In this document: in pieces, positions 17,738-23,054 of the stretch
Numbering within the stretch: position 1 is the first letter of the stretch
Layout of the letters: every line of letters begins with the position of its first letter
Source: a virus
IMG/VR virus record: IMGVR_UViG_3300021483_000005
DNA: 26,652 bases
Reading direction: 5' to 3' (one strand)
Notes under the pieces: generated by a model
What the model was told of the DNA's origin: nothing
Seen by the model: only the letters and a program-made list of their open reading frames with translations
The model's database searches: none
Program-made: the position numbers and the translations under genes

Positions 17738-17945
17738 CAAGGTGATACTAAAAATATATAAATTAATGTCTCTCGTAGCTACTAAATATTTGGAATCATA
17801 TTTGACTGCTCTTAAAAAAAAAAGAAGGAGTCACTTAGAAGGAGAAATTCAACATATAGAAAGTGAAATAGAAGACCTCGATTGGAATGTGATACGTATA
17901 AACAACTTTAAACCCATACGAGATAGAAAAAATGAAAATAAATAG
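17730..17945 (+). CDS. Hypothetical protein
   Basis: ORF 17724..17945 with likely ATG start at 17730. Confidence 0.55.
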   Translation: MFSKVILKIYKLMSLVATKYLESYLTALKKKRRSHLEGEIQHIESEIEDLDWNVIRINNFKPIRDRKNENK

Positions 17946-18124
17946 AGAGGATATATCATGGCAAGAAGAACGACCTGATTGTGAATTTCTATGGGGGGAT
18001 TGGGAAGAAATATCCTGTTGCTGTCCAATGTGTGATTTATGAAACCAATTTCTTAGGTGAACGAAGACTTAAAGAAACTAAAACATTCAAGTTAGTGGAG
18101 TTAGGCAATGAAAAAGAAGAATGA
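17932..18124 (+). pseudogene. Paralog of 18121..18294 with one extra G in a G6 run
   Basis: Removing one G at 17993-17998 gives MKINREDISWQEERPDCEFLWGIGKKYPVAVQCVIYETNFLGERRLKETKTFKLVELGNEKEE, which aligns gap-free to the next gene. Confidence 0.75.
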
Positions 18125-18294
18125 ATGGAAATAAATATTTTAAATGGGTTAAAGAAGAGCCACAATGCGAGCTTATATTTTTAGCCGGCAATGTATATCC
18201 TTCATATATTCAGTGTGTTCTATTTGAAACTAATGCTATTGGGGAAAGAAGATTTGTAGAAACAAAGAAATTCAAATTAGTGGAGGTTGAGTAA
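18121..18294 (+). CDS. Small hypothetical protein
   Basis: Read by hand, 57 aa: MNGNKYFKWVKEEPQCELIFLAGNVYPSYIQCVLFETNAIGERRFVETKKFKLVEVE. Confidence 0.75.
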   Translation: MNGNKYFKWVKEEPQCELIFLAGNVYPSYIQCVLFETNAIGERRFVETKKFKLVEVE

Positions 18295-18297
18295 TCA

Positions 18298-18402
18298 ATG
18301 ATGGAAAATCATCTATGGGAAGTAATTAGAGATCATGATTCTTTGATTTACTATAGTGTAGGATTGATAGTTGGTTATATGATTCATTACTTGTTCTCTT
18401 AA
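18298..18402 (+). CDS. Small single-TM protein
   Basis: Read by hand, 34 aa: MMENHLWEVIRDHDSLIYYSVGLIVGYMIHYLFS. Confidence 0.5.
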   Translation: MMENHLWEVIRDHDSLIYYSVGLIVGYMIHYLFS

Positions 18403-18435
18403 TATAATTATATAAAAAGAGAGGAGGTGGTATGA

Positions 18436-18773
18436 ATGGAAGAGGGCGTGACAATTAGGACTTCTTATTTTGGTCTTTTCTATACTGTTTTGTTTAGTGT
18501 AATGGGCTATTTCGTCTATGGTGGTATCGAGGGCTGATGGCAATGTCAGCTTTATGTCTTTTCTATGATTTGGCATTGTGTTTGAGCGTGATTCCGTTTG
18601 GCGGAAGTATCATTCAAGCAGTCATAATGAACTTGATTTCACACAAGTTTTTCATCATACTGAATATATATCCAAGCTGGCTAACGACCTGTGTATTTTG
18701 GTGCTATCTGATTTGTGGTATAGTCATAACAATATTAGTAACTGCTATCGTAATAGCTAATTTAGATAAATAA
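18436..18773 (+). CDS. Multi-pass membrane protein, apparently split by a 1-nt deletion
   Basis: GGAGGTGG ribosome-binding site; MEEGVTIRTSYFGLFY...YGGIEG joins ORF 18537..18773 (L-MAMSAL...) if one G is added at 18531-18533. Confidence 0.55.
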
Positions 18774-18780
18774 AAGTTTG

Positions 18781-19356
18781 ATGCTATCAGACAGTGAAAT
18801 TTTAGAAGAATTGGAAAAAGGAAATATAATAATAAAACCATTCAGAATAAAGCAACTAAATCCGAATAGTTATGATGTACGATTAGGTGAATATTATGCA
18901 GTAGAAAATGTTCTTGATCATTATATACTGCCATTCGATGAAAATAGCATAAGAAATCACTGGAAAATTAAAAAGGCGAATAAAGAAATTGAAATCCATC
19001 CGGGAGAAACTATCCTAGCTCATACTCAAGAAATAATAGGAGGTCGTCATAATATCGCAAGTAAAATGAATGCAAGAAGTTCATTAGGAAGATTGGGACT
19101 ATCTGTTTGTAAATGTGCAGGATTTGGCGATGTGGGATTTATAAGTAAGTGGACAATGGAAATTACTAATCATTCACAACATGCTTCTATTCGCCTTCCT
19201 ATTGGTATGCGAATAGCCCAAATTTCATTTTTCAGAACTGGTAAAGTTTTAAAAGAATACAAAGGTAAATATGGTCAAGGAGAATGGACACCTGAAGATA
19301 TGATTCCTAAATTATGGAAAGATAAAGATATAATAAATGGCATGAATTTAAAATGA
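18781..19356 (+). CDS. dcd: dCTP deaminase (dUTPase-fold)
   Basis: MLSDSEI, NPNSYDVRLG, ARSSLGRLGL, AGFGDVGF, GMRIAQISF, YKGKY. Confidence 0.92.
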   Translation: MLSDSEILEELEKGNIIIKPFRIKQLNPNSYDVRLGEYYAVENVLDHYILPFDENSIRNHWKIKKANKEIEIHPGETILAHTQEIIGGRHNIASKMNARSSLGRLGLSVCKCAGFGDVGFISKWTMEITNHSQHASIRLPIGMRIAQISFFRTGKVLKEYKGKYGQGEWTPEDMIPKLWKDKDIINGMNLK

Positions 19357-19496
19357 AAGATTTATTTGAGAGATTTGGTAATTGGTTCGATAAATGGAAA
19401 GAGACTATTTTCCTCTTCTTATTTTCAGCATTGCTTACTTGGTGTGTTGTATTCCTGTCAATCTATTCGATATTGTTTTTCATGGGCAAGGTATAA
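19353..19496 (+). CDS. Small membrane protein (FERxGNWxDKW family)
   Basis: Read by hand: MKDLFERFGNWFDKWKETIFLFLFSALLTWCVVFLSIYSILFFMGKV; ATGA overlap with dcd. Confidence 0.75.
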   Translation: MKDLFERFGNWFDKWKETIFLFLFSALLTWCVVFLSIYSILFFMGKV

Positions 19497-19513
19497 AGAG
19501 AAGCGAAAAAAAA

Positions 19514-19642
19514 ATGACTATTATCTGTCCTTATTGTGGTAAGAGTTTTGATGTAGCATTAGAAGTTAGGAATGAATATACAGGAATTACGATTGTAGTA
19601 TGCCCGTTTTGTAATAAATATTTTGAATATAGTAGTATTTGA
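19514..19642 (+). CDS. Zinc-finger microprotein
   Basis: MTIICPYCG...VCPFCNK; start moved to ATG 19514. Confidence 0.7.
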   Translation: MTIICPYCGKSFDVALEVRNEYTGITIVVCPFCNKYFEYSSI

Positions 19643-19657
19643 TAGGAGGTAGATATT

Positions 19658-20014
19658 ATGCCAAGACCAAAAGAAGAAGTGATGGACTATGCAGATGATG
19701 AATTTCTTACTTATCTCGAGGATCATCTGAATTACATAGAAGCTTATACATATCGATTGAAGATGATGATGACTGTATACAGAGAAGTCAAGGAAGAATA
19801 TGGAGAGGGATTAGGCTGGATACCTTCAAAAGAGATTATAGACAGTGTCAATAATTTGAAGAAAAATCTTGATGCGTTTTTCTTTGCAGTTCTTGCAGAT
19901 CAACGTTCTTTGATATCGTCACTAATGATGTGGCGTAAATCAAAAGCTGCTAAGAAAAAGAAGAGTAAGAAAAGTGAGAAAAAGCGAGAAGAGATGGATC
20001 CTTCCATACAATGA
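19658..20014 (+). CDS. Hypothetical protein with basic C-terminal tail
   Basis: 118 aa, GGAGGT ribosome-binding site. Confidence 0.8.
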   Translation: MPRPKEEVMDYADDEFLTYLEDHLNYIEAYTYRLKMMMTVYREVKEEYGEGLGWIPSKEIIDSVNNLKKNLDAFFFAVLADQRSLISSLMMWRKSKAAKKKKSKKSEKKREEMDPSIQ

Positions 20015-20691
20015 TAAGGAATATAAGAATAATGGGCTTGAATAAACAATCGGGCAATATGTACCCGTTTGTAACCCATACTTGGAATCCGATAAGAGGT
20101 CGCTGTCCACATCAATGTTGCTACTGCTATATGAAACGATTTAGAGTTGGCAAACTAAGATTAGAAGAAAAAGAACTTTCGAGTGATCTTGGCAGTTCAA
20201 ATTTTATTTTTGTAGGAAGTTCAACCGACATGTGGGCAGCAGATGTACCGAGTGAATGGATACGAAAAGTACTTGAACATACGAGTAAATATAATAATAC
20301 TTATTTATTTCAAACAAAATATCCAATCCGATTTCTCGAATTCATTAGGAGTTTTAATCAAGATTGTATCCTTGGTACAACTTTAGAAACAAATAGAAAC
20401 TATGATCTAAGTATAGCACCTCTACCAATAGAAAGGTGGATGCAATTCAAATTATTAAATGACTATAAAGTTAGAATGATGGTAAGTATAGAGCCTATAA
20501 TGGACTTCGATTTAGAAAATTTCCTCTATATGCTGCGTAAAATCAAACCAGAATTCATAAGTATAGGTGCTGATAGTAAAAAGAATGATCTCATCGAGCC
20601 ATCCTCTAAGAAAATAAAAGAACTGATTTATCATCTAAAAGGATTCACAAAGGTAATAGTAAAGAAGAATCTGAATAGATTGTTGCAATAA
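20011..20691 (+). CDS. DUF5131-like (Gp37/Gp68-type) radical SAM protein
   Basis: TWNPIRGRCPHQCCYC (CxxxCxxC), FVGSSTDMW, YLFQTK, LGTTLET, VSIEPI. Confidence 0.8.
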   Translation: MIRNIRIMGLNKQSGNMYPFVTHTWNPIRGRCPHQCCYCYMKRFRVGKLRLEEKELSSDLGSSNFIFVGSSTDMWAADVPSEWIRKVLEHTSKYNNTYLFQTKYPIRFLEFIRSFNQDCILGTTLETNRNYDLSIAPLPIERWMQFKLLNDYKVRMMVSIEPIMDFDLENFLYMLRKIKPEFISIGADSKKNDLIEPSSKKIKELIYHLKGFTKVIVKKNLNRLLQ

Positions 20692-20692
20692 A

Positions 20693-20944
20693 ATGTCGTC
20701 ATCTAAAATAAGAGTTTATTCTTGTGAGAATTGTTATTTGGAATTTTATTATGAAAATCATATTACACACTGTCCTTTCTGTGGAAATAAAGTAAAGTAT
20801 GTTGGATCAATTCAAGAAAACGAAATTGAAGGACCGATCTATACATTAAAATACTCCACCGGAGAGAGAATGCAAAAGAAAATAGAGGAAGAAGAAGCGA
20901 TTAGAGAGGCAGAAGAATCTTGGTATTTATGGGAGGATAATTAA
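20693..20944 (+). CDS. Zinc-ribbon protein
   Basis: CENC...CPFCG. Confidence 0.7.
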   Translation: MSSSKIRVYSCENCYLEFYYENHITHCPFCGNKVKYVGSIQENEIEGPIYTLKYSTGERMQKKIEEEEAIREAEESWYLWEDN

Positions 20945-20948
20945 AAAA

Positions 20949-21560
20949 ATGTATTGGAAAGTCCCAAATTATTTAAAAAAGTATGTAAGAATACAAGATA
21001 TGCTAAGAAATATATTTAGACCTTGTGATTGTGGAGAAGAACTAAAGAAGTGCATTAGAGATAAAGAATACTTTGCGAAAAGAGCAGAATCATTATCGAG
21101 AGCTTTAGCAAAATCTATAAACCTTCCCGAAGTGCCATGTCCATTAGAAGGGATGGGAGAAGTCAACCCGTGGAAACTTATAAGTAAATATGGTAAATAT
21201 GATATACTAACCGCTGATAAATATTATTACACACTACCACTAAATACATGGATAAAATTTTTAACTTCCATTCAAACTCAAGTAGAAAAGATATTGCCGA
21301 AATGGCGAGAGGATGTTGCTGACTGTGATGATTATGCATTACTTATGGCGTCATTTGTAGCTGCTGTATTTGCAAAAAATCCGTGGTTTGACCACCAAAT
21401 TGCATTTGCTATTACTTGGTCTCGTTCACATGCATATAACTCATTCATAACATCTGAAGGCACGTGGGAAATATACGAGCCTCAATCTAACGCTATAGTT
21501 GGACGGTTAGGTAAAACTACAGGAATTTATAAAACAGAAAAGATATGGTTTATGGGATAG
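20949..21560 (+). CDS. Transglutaminase/papain-like cysteine protease-fold protein
   Basis: DCDDYA...HAYN...YEPQ gives a Cys-His-Glu triad. Confidence 0.7.
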   Translation: MYWKVPNYLKKYVRIQDMLRNIFRPCDCGEELKKCIRDKEYFAKRAESLSRALAKSINLPEVPCPLEGMGEVNPWKLISKYGKYDILTADKYYYTLPLNTWIKFLTSIQTQVEKILPKWREDVADCDDYALLMASFVAAVFAKNPWFDHQIAFAITWSRSHAYNSFITSEGTWEIYEPQSNAIVGRLGKTTGIYKTEKIWFMG

Positions 21561-21916
21561 TGAGAATATTCGGTCTACTTGTGATAGGTATTTTACTAAG
21601 TGTTTCTTTGAGTCAGTTTCTAATGATGGATTCAACTGATTCTCATCCTTATATTGATGGTACTTATGTCTGTCGAGACTTCAGTAGAGACCTAATTCTT
21701 TCAGCTTCTAAATATCACATTTATCTTGATTACGTTTATATACCAGAAAAGAATCATATAATGGTTGGATTATTCAATCCTCTTGAACATTCAATCGAAA
21801 TCATAGAGCCTCAAACTGATGAAATTGTAGAATATGTAAAAGAAAATAATAAACACTATATCAGAATACCAGTGTGGAATGAATGTCTTTATTACTCAAA
21901 CATTAAAATTGCATGA
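21545..21916 (+). CDS. Membrane-anchored transglutaminase-like protein
   Basis: N-terminal TM/signal, YVCRDFS...NHIMV...IIEPQ. Confidence 0.6.
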   Translation: MVYGIVRIFGLLVIGILLSVSLSQFLMMDSTDSHPYIDGTYVCRDFSRDLILSASKYHIYLDYVYIPEKNHIMVGLFNPLEHSIEIIEPQTDEIVEYVKENNKHYIRIPVWNECLYYSNIKIA

Positions 21917-22016
21917 GACGCTCATATTTGCGATTTAACGCAATGTTTTCAATAAGACAATATAAATGTATCACCACCTAAAAATATTGCGTCTATGGCC
22001 AAATATGGAGGAATTT
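21909..22016. repeat. Pseudo-palindromic intergenic element, copy 3
   Basis: Arms 21914-21944 and 21986-22016, 41-bp spacer; tattgcgtctatggccaaatat is 21/22 identical to copy 2. Confidence 0.85.
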
Positions 22017-22023
22017 TGAGGCT

Positions 22024-22764
22024 GTGATTCAAATCTCAATAAAAAATAAAATATTTAGAGATGTGTTAGAAACTATTGTTCCTATACGTGAAGAATCTAT
22101 ATTGAAATTCACTAAAGAAAGCTTGAGTTCTAAAATTACTGACTATGGTAATGTGGCATTAGTGGATGTTTCTATTCCTACTGGATTATTCAATGACTAC
22201 GTTTTGGATGAAGATATCGAAGTGGGATTAAACGCTAAGAAGCTGCTACTCTATACCAAATTAAGTGATCCTGAAGATAATATTAAGATAGAAATTACAG
22301 ACAAATTCAAGATGCTTCTCGGTAATTTCGAGATTGATATGGACATCATTGACCCCACTTACATGACTTCAGTTTCAAACCTTCCTGATAAATTCGAATG
22401 TAAATGCTTAGTTGATATAGAAGAAATTAGAAAAATCACACGTGCAGCAAATCAAATTCGAAATGACACTCTCATTTTCGAACTCGATAATCTTCATGAG
22501 AATTTAACTATTTCTACAGAGAGTGAAGAGGAATCCATTAGAATTGAAACTTATGTTGTTGGCACCTCCGATAAAAAATCTACCCATAACTTAAAATCAG
22601 CCTATCCTGTTGATTTCATTCTTGGTATTACTAACACCTTTCATAATTTGGGTATGCAAGAAATAGGACTGAGTTTCGGTAATGATTTCCCTATGCAACT
22701 GTCAAGTCCTTTACATGAAACCGGTAAGGTAGTTTATTATATTGCACCTCGTGTAATTGACTAA
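22024..22764 (+). CDS. pcn: Archaeal-type DNA sliding clamp PCNA
   Basis: 246 aa; NVALVDVSIP...FNDY, VGLN, SAYPVDFI, FGNDFPMQL, YYIAPRV. Confidence 0.92.
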   Translation: MIQISIKNKIFRDVLETIVPIREESILKFTKESLSSKITDYGNVALVDVSIPTGLFNDYVLDEDIEVGLNAKKLLLYTKLSDPEDNIKIEITDKFKMLLGNFEIDMDIIDPTYMTSVSNLPDKFECKCLVDIEEIRKITRAANQIRNDTLIFELDNLHENLTISTESEEESIRIETYVVGTSDKKSTHNLKSAYPVDFILGITNTFHNLGMQEIGLSFGNDFPMQLSSPLHETGKVVYYIAPRVID

Positions 22765-22773
22765 TTAAAAATT

Positions 22774-22882
22774 TTGCATGAGACCCTCATATAACGCCGT
22801 CATTGAAATATTTCTGCCTTAGGTATATAAAACTATTACCTGTATAATTTTATTGCGTCTATAAGTGAATATGAGTAAATGG
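22774..22882. repeat. Pseudo-palindromic intergenic element, copy 4
   Basis: Arms 22779-22809 and 22852-22882, 42-bp spacer; ttgcatgagaccctcatat and tattgcgtctat shared with copy 3. Confidence 0.85.
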
Positions 22883-22999
22883 TGGGGTGAATTGAAATAT
22901 TATAAAAAAAAACTTACAAAAATAGAAGATAAATTGTTTAATGAAGTAGTTAAAAGAATAAAAAGAAGAAAGTATACAGTAAGAAGAATAAATTTATAA
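22871..22999 (+). CDS. Possible small basic protein
   Basis: 42-aa ORF (MSKWWGELKYYKKKL...) read by hand; alternative TTG start at 22892 after GGGGTGA. Confidence 0.35.
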   Translation: MSKWWGELKYYKKKLTKIEDKLFNEVVKRIKRRKYTVRRINL

Positions 23000-23054
23000 A
23001 TGCATGTAGATTGATTCAAGAAATTCGGTGTAATTGTTTATCTACACGCTATTC

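Noticed and set aside
19394-19642. ORF-track 82-aa membrane/zinc-finger fusion
   Set aside because: A better frame (19353..19496) overlaps the dcd stop and has a paralog; the zinc finger starts independently at ATG 19514.
334-21166. Minus-strand ORFs inside the + strand arm (e.g. 334..576, 622..948, 8877..9152, 11192..11581, 18313..18576, 20969..21166) and the + strand ORFs 24250..24486 and 25932..26141
   Set aside because: Antisense shadows of well-supported genes, with no motifs or ribosome-binding sites.
1373-22882. CRISPR array or integron attC interpretation of the intergenic repeats
   Set aside because: Copies are kilobases apart with no repeat-spacer periodicity, the arms are too degenerate for a perfect stem, I saw no attC-type core ends, and there is no integrase in the window.
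23000-23054. Hairpin terminator at the convergence of the two arms
   Set aside because: Only a weak 6-bp inverted pair (tgtaga/tctaca) and no clear T-tract.
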